In this document: positions 1 to 13,871 of the stretch, one piece after another
Position numbering within the stretch: position 1 is the first letter of the stretch
How the letters are laid out: each line of letters begins with the position of its first letter
Source: Octopus vulgaris
Lineage: Eukaryota
Direction of reading: 5' to 3'
Length of the DNA stretch: 64,000 bases
NCBI GenBank assembly: GCA_951406725.2
Contig: OX597819.1
Span: forward strand, 66,712,001 to 66,776,000
Translations under genes and position numbers: made by a program
Notes under the pieces: model-generated
What the model was told of the DNA's origin: nothing
Databases searched by the model: none
What the model saw: only the letters and a program-made list of their open reading frames with translations

Positions 1-1299
1 TTTTCTTTGGTTATGGTCTGATATTCATATTTCAGTAACAATTTGAAGAAAGGGAGATGATTAAACTTGTCATTTGCTTCATCTAAATTATCTCTAAACC
101 TAATCACGGCTGTTTCCCTCTTTTCTCAACTTTTGTTTCGTATATTAATTTGACTAAGCTTCTTTTGGGCTTGTCCGGTCTTTTAAACTGTATGATTTTT
201 TTGCTTCCATTATCACGTTTTTAATAATTATCAGTGTTAGTACTCATCTTTCAAGAGCTTGTTTAATGTATGTTTCCCAACAGAATTCTGTCAATGAATG
301 CTTTTATATTCGCAACGAATTCTGTTAACGAATTTTCTTATATTTGCAAACAATGTCAGTATATATTTTTGACGATGCTCGACACTATCGGAAGTAGTGA
401 TGTATATTCAAGGTGTTGAAATCCTGATACGAATCGATTTGCAACTGACGAGGGGAACTCCACTGTTAATCTATATGAGTGTTCGTTATCACAGCAAAGT
501 CTCTTCTAAGTGCATCCTTCCTTAGATGCATTTACATAAACAAATTAATGCAATTTTTTTATTGATCGTTGGTTTAAGATGAATTAGAATTTAATTTGAA
601 GTATTTTACTACACCGTTACCATTTTCATAAATGGTGCATCATGATATATATTTATGCGTGCGTGTGTGTGTGTATGTGTGTGTGTGTGTGTGTGTCTTT
701 GCATATATAACTATTTAATGCATACACATACTTATCTGTTGCCAGGTTCTGTAGAACTTCACTTTCTACATTATACACGTGAGATTCTGAGTTTCTCAAA
801 GCTACACGAGAAAACGTTTGTTGTAGGAATGGTGCAACCTAGCAACACAAGGAAATCTCTCGACCAGACGGTATTTCCCGCGTCCATGTTAAACACACAT
901 ATATTTATTATACCTTTATCAACAATGTTTTTGCCTTTTAGAGAATTCGAAGTATTATCGCAATATTATACAGACGCAAAACAAATACATTTGGGAAATA
1001 AGTATGGTGAAGAAAGAAATGAGTTAGGATTAAACTGATAAAAGTTATACCGATATGTGGTGATGAAACCCTGTGATAGACACAAGTTTTCAAGAGAGAC
1101 TGCCAATGCATTTTTAGTTGTTTCATTCACATTTCTAATATTTCGAAATTTATGTTGATTTCTAACAAATGTCACAAACTCATAAAGGTGAGTACTATTA
1201 ATTAAATCGGATTGAATATGTCACTGGTAAATATATTTTTCTGTACATATGAGAAATAGAAATATGCACCTTGGGAATATATTTGATCTGCTGTATCTC

Positions 1300-1790
1300 A
1301 TTTCAATTCGGCATAACTATAAATCTGTGCCCTCATATACCCCTACCTCACACGCCGAATTTCTTTCCTCATAACGTTGTGAGAATTCGATATTTTTTTA
1401 ATAAAATTTTAAACATACACGTTTCAGTTGGTGAAGATTAAGTTTTTATCGGAATTTAATGCAGGGAAATGGGCGTGGTAGAAAATTTACAAACGCTGCA
1501 GAACATATGATGAAAGTCAAGATATGTGAATTATTCGATCCCAACTCGATAGATCTTCATATCAAATTCAGACATAATCGCAATTTACACCATCTGAAAG
1601 GTATTTGTAGAAAATATTAAAAACTAACCAGTTTTCGGAATTTTATGACTGAAAAAGTCGAGATTTGCCAATTATCAGAAACCCCTCCCGCTCCTCTCTG
1701 AAAAAAAATGTTCATAACAAATTTACACATTATCTAAAACATCTCCGGAAATTTTCATTAAAACTATAGTCATATTTGTGAGTCCTATGT
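1300..1790. repeat. Degenerate DNA-type interspersed repeat with internal inverted subunits
   Basis: About 1365-1440 is an imperfect reverse complement of about 1583-1650 (cataa...ttt(t)aat..aatttt.....tttcag.tggtg), with a third related subunit near 1720-1790. Confidence 0.45.
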
Positions 1791-1832
1791 CTTAAATCTT
1801 TCGTCACACATCCCGTGACCTCTTCAGCAATA
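1790..1832 (-). ncRNA. Minimal hammerhead-like motif (same family as 17064-17108)
   Basis: Minus strand CTGAAGA-G-GTCAC-gggatgt-GTGAC-GAAA-gattt: conserved core with a perfect 5-bp stem II; stems I and III are degenerate. Confidence 0.55.
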
Positions 1833-2600
1833 CTCCATTCCACGTGTATTCTTTTGTTCGGAGTGCACACGTCTGAAGTTATGTCTTGTAATCTATACAC
1901 TCTTTTAATCTAGACGCTCACCAATATTGTCGTCATATTTGTAAAAAAAAAAGAAAAAAAAACAAACAAAAAATACTGGTGAGATTAAAATACTTATACA
2001 ACGAAATATTGAATTCGATATAGCAATAGCTCCGTCTCATTTTATCAACAATGTTTGCCCGAAATGCGAGAAAATAGCTGCACATAAATAGACATGGATA
2101 TCGTGGTACCTATTTCTGCCCCTATATTATCAATTGACAATAGTACTGCAATAGTACTGCCCTTGTTTAATTCAAGGATATTTTCTTGCGAGTCACTTGG
2201 TGATATTCACTAATCCCTCTGAAACGTAAAAACAGCCGGTATATTCTGAAAAGTGGTTGACGTTTGAAGGATATCCGGTGATAGAAACCACCACAAAGCT
2301 GAAAAGGAAGCGTGTTGATCCCTCTGATTCGCTAGGTCCTGCCGATTCGTCCAACCCATATTGCGTAAACAACAGACCATCGATGATGACGACGGAGCCG
2401 CGCGCAGACACAATAAAACATGAACTCACACACACATACATAGCTTCACGCGCGTATGTAGTGATAAACGGTCTCATTCATTGTACTTTCCCTCCCCCTC
2501 TTTATCCCACGCTCTTCTCTCTTTTCTCCGGTTAAACACATACACACGGATGCACAAACATGCTCACACGCACGCACACGCACATACACTTACATATGTA

Positions 2601-2676
<76 letters not shown>

Positions 2677-3178
2677 ACGTATATCTGTACACACTCTACA
2701 GACATATATGTTACGGCTTATTCAAATGAAAGGACATTCTGATGGAAGATGACAAGACGACAAACGATAGATCTAAAACTTCTAATTCAATAGCAATCCA
2801 CAGTTATCTCGCATCATTGCTAAATTGCAAAATCTCAAGAGTCAGCCGTTTACAATGGTGGAATATATTTGTTGTTTATTATAACATCAAATCTCTGTGT
2901 GTGGGATGTCATTGTGCGACTACTCGTGTGTTTTAGTCAACGTTGAGTATATGTACGTGAGTGACTATGTTTGCATGTGTGTATGTTTTCGTTTGTCTGT
3001 GTATGAAAGTGGGCGTCAATGTGTGTGCGTGTGTGCGTGTCTGTGTGTGTGTGTTTGAATATATGAGCAGATTTACATCGTTCGATGGTCAGCTGAATGT
3101 ACTGCGTAAAACACAACTATATGTCCTTTTATGTTCGTGGGTGCGTATAAAAGTGTGTGTGTGTGTATGAATATATAT

Positions 3179-3238
<60 letters not shown>

Positions 3239-3459
3239 ATGTATGTATGTATGTATGTAAGTATGTGTGTATGAATATATATATATAATATATGTGTGTG
3301 TGTATGTGTGTCACCGTGTGTGTGCCTGTATACATATACATATACATGCATACACACACATATATATACTTATATACTTATATGTACACACACATACATA
3401 TATCTATTTGTCCTTCTATCTATCTATTTATCTATTTATCTATCTATCTTTCTCTCTCA

Positions 3460-3508
<49 letters not shown>

Positions 3509-3859
3509 CACGCATATGCATACACATACATCCACACGTATATGCGTGTATGTATACACAACTAGTTTAGTGGCTTAATGGTTAATATACTGCAGTCACG
3601 ATCGCTAGAAGGTTTTTTTACGCTTCACTCTTATGTTGTTCGCTCTTAGTCCTTCAACTCCATGTTTTGATGTTAACATATCGGATAGACCTCTCGAAAG
3701 CGGAAAGCATTTTTGATATTTAAATGCAGCCTTTCATCAAACAAGAGCACTTCAGAAAAGGACGTAGAACACAAAATTGGAGCAGCACGTGTAGCATAGG
3801 GAAAGTTAGTAACAGACAACCTCAACAACAAAGAGCTTCACTTAACAGCGAATATTGTG

Positions 3860-4005
3860 GTCTATACATTTATAAAGCTGTTGTTTATTTCAATCTTGCT
3901 ATATGGCTGCGAAATCTTGACTCTATATCACCGCACCTTCACAAACAAAAACTTCGTTCCATCTTGAACGTCAAATGGGAGCACTATAACAACCACCTTG
4001 AATAA
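3860..4005 (+). mobile_element. RTE-clade LINE reverse transcriptase C-terminal relic
   Basis: Across frameshifts: IYKAVV / SILLYGCEILTLY / LHKQKLRSILNVKWEH, matching the RTE motif VYKAVV..LLYGCETW..FH.RCLRSIL.I.W. Confidence 0.65.
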
Positions 4006-4916
4006 AACGTGTTTATTTTCACGTTCTTGTAAAGAGGTAACCCTGCGACGGACTAGCTTTCTGTTCGAAGGAAATGTCGCCCTGCGCGTGTAGGCTGGCA
4101 TCATTCGGGAGCTAGACCAATGTGAAAAGCATTGTGACCAGTGGTGTATAACTTTAAAATGTCTGGTCGATACCGTGATATCGGGTAATATGTTTGTATA
4201 CAATGAAACAAAGTAAGCCGTGTTATTCTTCACTTTACAATAAATCTAAAGCAACTTGTTATACAGGCATGGATTTATTCCGCAATTAGTTTCTAATATT
4301 GGCACATGGGGAAAGGGTGAATCTATTAACTCGTCCCTACTACTAAATTAATAATTATTTTGTTGACTGCTTAATGATGAAAAGTAAAGTCGACCATGGA
4401 GTATTTTGATCTGATGGACGTAACACCGCTAAGCATTTTCCCAGCATGCTGATGATTCTACCGGCCCAACACGTTCACTATGCTAAACTTTGGTTGTTCA
4501 CAAGTTAAGAGAAATCGCAGAATCGTTAACATACCGGGGAAAATTTTAGCGGACATTTGTTCCGTTTTTACGTTTTAAGGTCAAACTATGCCAAGGCTGA
4601 CTGAGTTTTTCCGTCTGCTGCCTATTAGCGACATAGACCTCAAATTCTATATATCGTGGTAGCAAGATTTCACAGGCATGAAATGACATGTGTTTCACAC
4701 TGAGGCGGTCACATACACCGAAGTTACGTGATATGGGAATTCCGCTCCCCATGACTGATGTATTTTCTCTGCTACGATGTGTCAATCAATGCACCAAGTG
4801 GCTAAATGAGAGGCTTTCTAAAGCTTAATGGCGTAGTATTTTGTATCCTAACAGTGTGTCTATGTTAAGTTGAGTCTAAAGAACATATTTTAGGTGAAGT
4901 ATTTTTTAGTCGCCAA

Positions 4917-5002
<86 letters not shown>

Positions 5003-5012
5003 CATACATATA

Positions 5013-5200
5013 TAGTTCATCCAAACATGAACAAAGAGAAAACAGAACGACGCCAGAACGTGGAACAAGTATAGTGTTATTGGACACTCAGGAAAGGAAA
5101 GAAAGAAGGAGGAATTAACGTTTCAAGAAATATAGAAAAAGGAAAGGTCCAAGGAAGGGAAGACGGGGAAAGAAAATCGCCAACGATAGGCAAGTGGTCA
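5013..5200 (-). mobile_element. ~200-bp TA-flanked HHR element (family A), copy with deleted ribozyme core
   Basis: Reverse complement of 6805-7005 and 46280-46487; reads aacgtttc^aagaaat where the other copies carry stem II and the CTGACGA core. Confidence 0.75.
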
Positions 5201-5265
5201 TATATATATATATACATATATGTAGAAGGTTGTAAAGGAAAACACGAGTCGATATACAGATATAT

Positions 5266-5654
5266 TTCTACTCTAGGCACAAGGCCCGAAATTTTAGGGG
5301 GAGGGGACCAGTCGATGAGATCGACTCAGTATGCAACTGGTACTTAATTTATTGACCTCAAAAGGATAAAAAGCAACGTCGACCTCGCCGGAATTGAACT
5401 TAGAACGTAAAGACTAACGAAATACCTATTTCTTTACTACTCAGAAAAGGCTAAACATAGAGAGGACAAACAAGGACAAACGGATTAAGTCGATTATATC
5501 AACTCCAGTGCGTAACTGGTACTTATTTAATCGACTCCGAAAGGATGAAATGCAAAGTCGACCTCGGCGGAATTTGAACTCAGAACGTAACGGTAGACGA
5601 AATACCGCTAAGCATTTCGCCCGGCGTGCTAACAATTCTGCCAGCTCGCCGCCT
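5266..5654 (-). mobile_element. tRNA-derived SINE (dimeric form; central GCCTTTCATCCTTTCGGGGTCGATAAA domain resembling the MetaSINE-type core)
   Basis: Minus strand GGCGAGCTGGCAGAATTGTTAGCACGCCGGGCG..GAGTTCAAATTCCGCC (A/B boxes), then the conserved core; more than 12 related copies in the window. Confidence 0.85.
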
Positions 5655-5777
5655 TTTTTCAATTCAAAAATTAATTGTCTTTTTTCTATCTTCTCGCTCC
5701 CTCTGTCTATACGTATGTATGTATGTATGTATGTATGTATGTATGTATGTATGTATGTATGTATGTATGTATGTATG

Positions 5778-5819
<42 letters not shown>

Positions 5820-5821
5820 AG

Positions 5822-5859
<38 letters not shown>

Positions 5860-6031
5860 CAAGTATATATATATATATATATATATAAAGGATGATTCAA
5901 AAGTCAGCATACATAGGAAAATTTTATCTTTTTTAGAAACAGTTAAATAAAAGAACTGTTTCTTATAAAAACATAAATTGTGCTTAAGTATGCCGAAATT
6001 TGAATACATATATATATCTGTCTTTCTCCCT

Positions 6032-6087
<56 letters not shown>

Positions 6088-6089
<2 letters not shown>

Positions 6090-6210
6090 AGGTCGATTGC
6101 CTTTTATCTCTTCGGGGTCGATAAATTATGTACCAGTTGCATATTCGGGTCGATATTATCGACTGACTCCTCCCCAAATATTTCCAGCCTTGTACCTAGA
6201 GTATAAATGA
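6088..6210 (+). mobile_element. SINE 3' fragment (same family as 5266-5654)
   Basis: cgaggtcgattgccttttatctcttcggggtcgataaattatgtaccagttgc. Confidence 0.75.
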
Positions 6211-6461
6211 ATATCATTGAAATCTATTTGTGCATTTGTTCGTTTAAGTATGTTTGTTCGATCTCTACTTCGTAATTTTAAGCTCTTTTAATATCCCATT
6301 GTTTTATATACATTTATACTATTGATGAACAAAAAAATTATTGAAACTAGTTTGGTATGTTTGTAAATAAATCTAAAACAACTTTTTACAAACTCAGGTG
6401 AATTTTTAGAAACAAACAATCCCAAATTTTTTCATGCGTTTGAATAAACCTCTTCTGTCAA

Positions 6462-6507
<46 letters not shown>

Positions 6508-6748
6508 CGTACACACATACAGATATACACACGTACAGACATACACACACTTACATAATCATCTCGGGCAGATCTCAGACAAATCTGAACGTTGGAACTT
6601 AAGTTTAAAAGAAATACCAACATGAGCACTACTGATCAATAACTATAAACTTCTCAAGGTTTAATAGTATGTATGTATGTATGTATGTATGTATGTATGT
6701 ATGTATGTATGTATGTATGTATGTATGTATGTATGTATGTATGTATGC

Positions 6749-6802
<54 letters not shown>

Positions 6803-6804
6803 AT

Positions 6805-7005
6805 TGTGATCGCGTGTGTACCGTTGGCGATTTTTTTCCTCCGTCTTCCCTTCCTTGGATCTTTCCTTTTCCTATGTTTCTGACGAAGAGCTTCGCTCGA
6901 GACGTTAAACCCACCTTCTTTCCTGAGCGTCCAATAATACTATACTTGTTCCACGTTCTCGCGTTGTTGTGTTTTCTCTTTGTGTTTCCATGTTTGGATT
7001 AACTT
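6805..7005 (+). mobile_element. ~200-bp TA-flanked element (family A) with minimal hammerhead at 6876-6910
   Basis: GTTT-CTGACGA-A-GAGC-ttc-GCTC-GAGA-CG-TT-AAAC: stem I GTTT/AAAC, stem II GAGC/GCTC, palindromic ACGT stem III, GAAA mutated to GAGA; lies between (TA)n tracts. Confidence 0.75.
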
Positions 7006-7035
7006 TATGACTATGTATATATATATATATATATT

Positions 7036-7248
7036 AATAAAAAGAATTCCAACCTTGTCTGATTTTCACGTTTTATTTACAATCTTATAATGATATATTA
7101 TAAGATAATATATTATAATTGAATAAAATAAAATGAAATAGTAGAATGTTAAATATTCATTCTGATTGAACTAGTACTTTCATGCATTGAATTCTGCAAT
7201 CTTCGGGTTGATGTAGTAGTGTTGACAGTCATGCTTCACAATTTTTGA

Positions 7249-7254
<6 letters not shown>
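7036..7254 (-). mobile_element. TA-flanked short element with hammerhead-like motif at 7168-7212
   Basis: Minus strand aac-CCGAAGA-t-TGCA-gaattcaa-TGCA-t-GAAA-GTAC-TA-gtt; palindromic AGTACT stem III; bounded by (TA)n on both sides. Confidence 0.55.
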
Positions 7255-7313
<59 letters not shown>

Positions 7314-7324
7314 AAACATAATAT

Positions 7325-7662
7325 ATTCTTTCACTTATTTGGCTGCGACAAATCAACCCCGAGGCATATTTTTTAAAGCCTGGTACTTATTCTAACAGTC
7401 TCTTTTGACAAACCGTAAAGTTACGGAGGAGTAAGCACACCCACACCTGTGGGTGAGTGGGGTTTCACAAGCACAGACACTATATATATAGATATTTGAA
7501 TATATGCATATATATTAGCGGTTCGGCAAAAGAGACCGATAGAATAAGTACTGGGCTTACAAAGAATAAGTCCCGGGGTCGATTTGCTCGACTAAAGGCG
7601 GTGCTCCAGCGTGGCCGCAGTCAAATGACTGAAACAAGTAAAAGAGTAAAAGAGTAAAAGAG

Positions 7663-7663
<1 letters not shown>
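7325..7663. mobile_element. Two oppositely oriented 3' fragments of the CORE-type SINE (family of 36645-37034)
   Basis: 7325-7480 (minus, degenerate) and 7516-7663 (plus, ending in a (AAAAGAGT)n tail) both match the 3' half of 36645-37034. Confidence 0.8.
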
Positions 7664-7691
<28 letters not shown>

Positions 7692-7693
<2 letters not shown>

Positions 7694-8022
7694 GTAAAGA
7701 CCCCCTTCGGTCATGAATGACCATGGGATTGCACCTAGAAAGTTACCCTCCTAGACACAAGTCCGGGCAAGGTTGTTTATGGAAGACCAGCAGTCGCCCA
7801 TGCATACCAGCCTCCCCTCTCCACGCCACCAGTGTTATCCAAGGGAAAGACAAAGGTCGATACAGCTTGGCACCAGTGACGTCGCAACTCATTTCTACAG
7901 CTGAGTGAACTGGAGCAACGTGAAATAAAGTGCCTTGCTCAAGAACACAACACGCAGCCCGGTCCGGGATTCCAGCTCACACACTCACGATCGTAAGCTC
8001 GACGCTCTAACCACTGAGCCAC
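7692..8022 (-). mobile_element. tRNA-derived SINE with CORE-like segment and RTE-related body/tail
   Basis: Minus strand GTGGCTCAGTGGTTAGAGCG (A box)...TGTGTTCTTGAGCAAGGCACTTTA (CORE-like); 7830-7885 resembles 32775-32830 of the RTE relic. Confidence 0.8.
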
Positions 8023-8566
8023 AAATATATATGGGGGTATTTATATAGGAAGCAGTCGTAACAAAAAACTTTAGAAATGTCAGAGTGAAAAAACTATTCG
8101 GCAAAACTGAGAAGGAGATCAAAGAGTATAAACATGTTTTCGGCCGACATTAATTTTCGAAATGAGCGAAAAGACATGAGAAAAATAAGTATTCCACGGA
8201 GTTAGGTAAAGTCTCATTTCATGATGATATACAAAGCGCAGACAATATATCACGTGAAGACATTTATTTCGTTTGCCCGTTATTAATTGGACAGTACTAT
8301 GTGGGTGTAACTTCGTTTTGAAGTCATGTAGAACTCATATATAACTAAATACGCACAGACACATGTCTATATACACATACATATACATATATGATATGGA
8401 AACATGCATATTATCTTTCTAAATAACTATTTGTCTGTGTACCACCATTTCTCGCTCACTCCCATTCAATATATATATACACATTCATACATACATATAC
8501 TATATGTATGTATGTATTTATGTATGTATGTATATATGTATGTATGTATGTCTGTATGTATGAATG

Positions 8567-8604
<38 letters not shown>

Positions 8605-8721
8605 TTCAGTAAAATTTAGATTCAGTTCAATATGGTACTCAAGTTAAAGGCACCAGAATTTAATATGGTATTATCCATATAATTGAAAATGGAGTAATTA
8701 CAATCAAAATAAGCAACAAAG

Positions 8722-8787
<66 letters not shown>

Positions 8788-9299
8788 TTGCGTACATATA
8801 TATGTAAATGCATGTGTAGATACATAGATCCGTATTTACATACATGTATGCATTGACATGAATATAACTGCATTTGTTGTTAAATTTTATCGGATGATTG
8901 AGATCACGAGAAAGCACAAATTTTACTGAAACTCGTCACTAGGCAGATAGCAAGTGATTTCATAAGATTAGTAGTGTTTTGGGATTGTGTAAGTAAAAGT
9001 TTTGAAATTTGAGATTCTTTAATTGTTGACTGAACAATGGCTGTACAATTTATTTTTGCTTGAAATTCAAGTACTTCCTCAACGTTCAGACTCGTATCAT
9101 TATTATTATTCTTCCTAAGACGACGAGCTAACAGAATAGTTAGCGTCTAGGACAAAATATTTACCAGAATTTCTTCCAATTGTTGTTATGTATTATGTTC
9201 AAATCCGGCCTTTGTGAAGTTTGCCTTTAATCTCTTCGATACTATCATTTAATACATTAAGTGTATGAGTATAAATATGTGTTTAGATAGATAGATATG

Positions 9300-9845
9300 A
9301 TTAAAGCGGATCCCTTACCATAGCATGGAATGCATCGATGAAGGTACGCTGACTGTCGAATATTAATCCGCAAATGCTGTAGCAACCAATGCTGAATGAA
9401 CAGTAAATGTGGCAGAAAAACAATGAAACTGCTAAATGGATTATCAGGTACAGCTACAATAATTTCATTGTGAATCTTTATTGACATAAAACATGGTAGA
9501 CTCAGGTAGGTAGTATGCAGGGTATATAATATGTTACAAAACTCCGAACTCCTAAGGCCAACCAAATATACAAGATATTATTGACAAGCTGATGAATCAA
9601 CAGTTTTATCAACAAGTGAAATTTCGAATCCGAACTACCAACATATAAGAAATGTGAAGTGGCTGAGACTAACGGTTGTGTGCAGAATGCTATCATTAAA
9701 CTTAGCTATATCACTCTTAAAAGCTGGTATAAGCAAAACATACTTATATACCAACAAATAATTGGTGACAAAAAATGGCATTTGACCCTCTATCTCAAAC
9801 TTTAAGATCTTTGCTGAAGTTGTTCTCAAAAAACAAAAAAACAAA
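9300..9845 (+). mobile_element. Highly degenerate Penelope-like RT fragment
   Basis: Interrupted motifs NFIVNLY (cf. DV.SLYTNI) and IYQQIIG / MAFDPLSQTL (cf. YxQxxGxAMGSPLSP). Confidence 0.4.
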
Positions 9846-11149
9846 ACTTCTTGTGTTTATATTCTTTAATACATCAAACAGGTAGTTTGGTTAATAAATC
9901 CAAGCGTTACTTAACCGTTTATGTAATTCCTCTTAATTAAAGTACTCCAATTAAAATGCACGGGTGATATTAATACATCGGATGAATTAATGATTAAATG
10001 TCCGTCACCTGTGTTGTCCACTCTCTTTATTAGATTTAACCTATTCTCTGAGTATTTAATTAAGTATAGTTTATGGTGTCTAACACTGTAATTATGGCTA
10101 TCTCTATATATTAATTATTTTATTTTTTCGTTTTCTTTCGTCTCCTTTTCGCTCCCTCTTCTCCCAAACTTCATTGAGGCCATCCCTATTCTCTGCGTTT
10201 CATTTCTTTAAATTATTGTCCTTGAATAGTGATTAGCTGAATCTACCTTAATTAAATTTAATATTCTTTTAGTTCTACAATAATTAATCGGAGCCCTTTA
10301 ATCAAGAAGAATTAAGTCAATAAATAAATAACGATGGAATTTATTAACAATATCGCTCCTTTGATGTAATTATCAAATAAAACACAATACACGTCTTTTT
10401 AAAACACCAGCAACGATTTCAATAAAGTTTGATAGGGTCAAATATCATTTCTGGCACCTGCTACCCGCTGGTATATAAGCTTGATTTGTGCGCATCAGTT
10501 TTTATGGGTACGTTTAGAATTATGTCATTTAACTATTCTCTAATTTACAACCTTCTTCTGCTATGTATTCCCGTGACTGACAGATTGTAGTCCTACCAAT
10601 TTGTATTACTTAAATCTTGGTAATCCTGATTCAAAATTTCACTTGTTGACAAGCTATTGATTCACCAACATGTCAGTCTTCGCTTGTTGATATGCTAAGT
10701 CTGATGAGCTGGGAATCACATAACGTATTTCCTAATCTTATTGAGGGTGTGCATACTACATACCTAACTTTCATGTCTATATCCAAATAATAACCCTTAC
10801 TGAAACAATTGAAGCAGAACTAAATAACCAAATAATCGACTCTTCTTCGTGTGTGTTTGTGTGTGTGTGTGTAATAATCAGTCAAGTAAACAGAAGATGG
10901 AGTTGGTATAATATTTTCTACGACGAACGTTTCGATCGATCCTGCAACTGTTCTTCATGGGTGGGATGCTGTGCATCATACTATGTTTTCATCAATATTG
11001 CAGGTACATTCATACCAAAAATGGTGTCTCGCTAAAGATCTTGATTTTGGACAGTCATGTTGTTATTTTTCCCCTTCATTACCTAAATGAAGCGGATAAA
11101 TAACCCGTACAACGTATAGGTTATTATATAAACCCTCCTTCTTTTAAAT

Positions 11150-11410
11150 TTTTATTTATGCGCCCTTTTCAAGCCTAGCCAGGCTCATGAGCCCGGTTTC
11201 CCGGTTTCTATGACATGTGTTTTCCTCGACTTGACAGGATGGCAATCTATCGCAGCGTTACTCAAGAAACAGGAAGAAAGAGTGAGAGAAAGTTGGGGTG
11301 AAAGTGTACAACAGGGGTCGCCACCCACCCAACCCCCGCCGGAACCTCGCAGAGCTTTAGGTGTTTTCGCTCAATAAACACACACAATGCCCGGTCTAGG
11401 AATCGAAACT
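11150..11410 (-). mobile_element. 5'-truncated tRNA-derived SINE sharing its body with 44960-45333 but with a different tail
   Basis: 11266-11410 aligns with 45140-45280; 11150-11265 is unrelated to the corresponding part of the other copy. Confidence 0.8.
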
Positions 11411-11449
11411 GCTATACTCTTCAGGTATTCTTTTGTTTGTAAAATTACG

Positions 11450-11754
<305 letters not shown>

Positions 11755-11888
11755 CTAGCAAAATTTGATCTTCTGTCAACAAGCAGTCTCAATGAACCGT
11801 GTATACGAGAACCCTGCGTGTATATGATTTGAGAAATTTGTACATGTTCTTTTGAACTGCACTCTCGTATAAACTCATATATCCTGCG

Positions 11889-11926
<38 letters not shown>

Positions 11927-12159
11927 AACCTGGGACCTTGAAAACTGCTATAATGCTAGTACGTATACTAGTCCCTTAATATTTTATATTCAATATTTCA
12001 TCTATTCATTTTAACTATATATATATATTATTTATACTATATATTCTATATTCTACATTAATATTATAAAGAATATAACTACAACATAAAAAACAGAGTT
12101 GGAATTTGTATCCCCCTATACACAAATATGTATCCCTCTATACACAATCATACAAACTC

Positions 12160-12198
<39 letters not shown>

Positions 12199-12309
12199 TG
12201 TGTGTATTTATTTATTTTTTTATGTATGCGTGTATGTATGTATGTATGTATGTATGTATGTATGTATGTATGTATGTATGTGTGTATGTATGTATGTATG
12301 TATATACAC

Positions 12310-12645
12310 TCCGTTTTTCTATCGGGTTTGTAAGATTCTTTATGTCAATTCAAGTTTCAAGTGTTGAAGCAAATTTTGTTGTATTGTTGTGTCAAGGGAG
12401 GTTCTCAATCAGACAGACGCGGCCCCCCGTACCGGACGAATTTAAAAGTCATTGAAAATGTTGCAAGTAGCAACGAAAGAGCTTTGCCAAACAAAAACAA
12501 AATAAAATATTTACTTTTAAGAAACTAAGTAAACAATCGATTAGTTAGTTCGATATTTAAACAATTGACTAATAATAATGGAGTGGAATTGAACCAGTGA
12601 GTGTGTTGATAATACTGGCATAATGACTCACCCTAGGCACAACAA
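12310..12645 (+). mobile_element. Microsatellite-flanked short element with U3-A8 hammerhead-like motif at 12448-12488
   Basis: gtca-TTGAAAA-t-GTTGC-aagta-GCAAC-GAAA-gagc-tt-tgcc; perfect 5-bp stem II. Confidence 0.55.
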
Positions 12646-12646
12646 T

Positions 12647-12746
<100 letters not shown>

Positions 12747-13820
12747 CATACATATATATGAGCTAACGAATCAACATGGCGGTCTGATTTCGGCTAGAAG
12801 TCAGAGATCAGACGTTAGACGCAAGAGGGTTTTTAGGGGAGATAACAAGGTTAAATGACCTCGACCCAACATAAGGGTGCGTGTATGTATGAGAGAGTAT
12901 GTATGTGCGTATGAAAGGTCTGGACGTATGTATGTATGACGTGATGTGTAATGTTGTATGGTATAGTGTAGTGTAGTCTGGTGGGAGGTGGGGAAAGCCC
13001 ATGTGGGGGTGTGGGTTCGGCTGGGGGTTGGGGTAGAGTGGGGGTTGTGGAGAGAGTGAAAGGGATATATATATATATTTATATATATATGAATACACAT
13101 ATATTTGAGCACTCAAACACAGATCTATACATATGCTGAGATTTGCTTTTACGTGTATATACGTACGTTTGTGTTTAAGTATGTGTGCATACGCATGTCT
13201 GTACGATTATAAGTATTTCTGTGCATATATATCAATAGTTTTCGGACTGCATTGTATTTTCCATTATATTTGTTCCATATATTTTTAAAATGTATTTTCT
13301 GTTACATATGAAGCAACTCTAGAGATTTACGTCTTCGTTTATTATATATATATTTCACATTATAACTTAATTTAACACGATAATTACATATTTCAAATAT
13401 AGAAGTGAAGCATCAACAAAATATGAACTGAAATATATTAGTTCAAACGTGGAGAGTAAACAACATTTTAAGTCGTGTGTCTAATACTACGGATATTTAT
13501 TTATGATATTTAGTAGTATATGTGTGCTTTAGTATAATTCTGAATTTTCAATATTTAAAAATTAATAGGTTTATATATTCTGTTATAAATTTCAATTGAA
13601 TTCTTACAAATTATGTAATTATTCAAATTTAAAAAAAGAATATTTGTAGGCATACATGCAAAATAATGTTAACATGAACCAACACAAGTCTACAGAGTTT
13701 TCTTAAACGTTGCTTTTCTTGTAAACAATTATGTAAACATATGCACAAACATATGCAATGCTATTTACATCATAAATGCAAGCAGTTAGACACCAAAATA
13801 TGTAGATATAAATATGTATC

Positions 13821-13871
<51 letters not shown>

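Noticed and set aside
445-470. CTGACGAGGGG half-hammerhead
   Set aside because: No closing stem II plus GAAA nearby.
941-1188. Apparent plus-strand exon (ttttag ... aag/gtgagt)
   Set aside because: Stops in all three frames; cannot be supported without transcripts.
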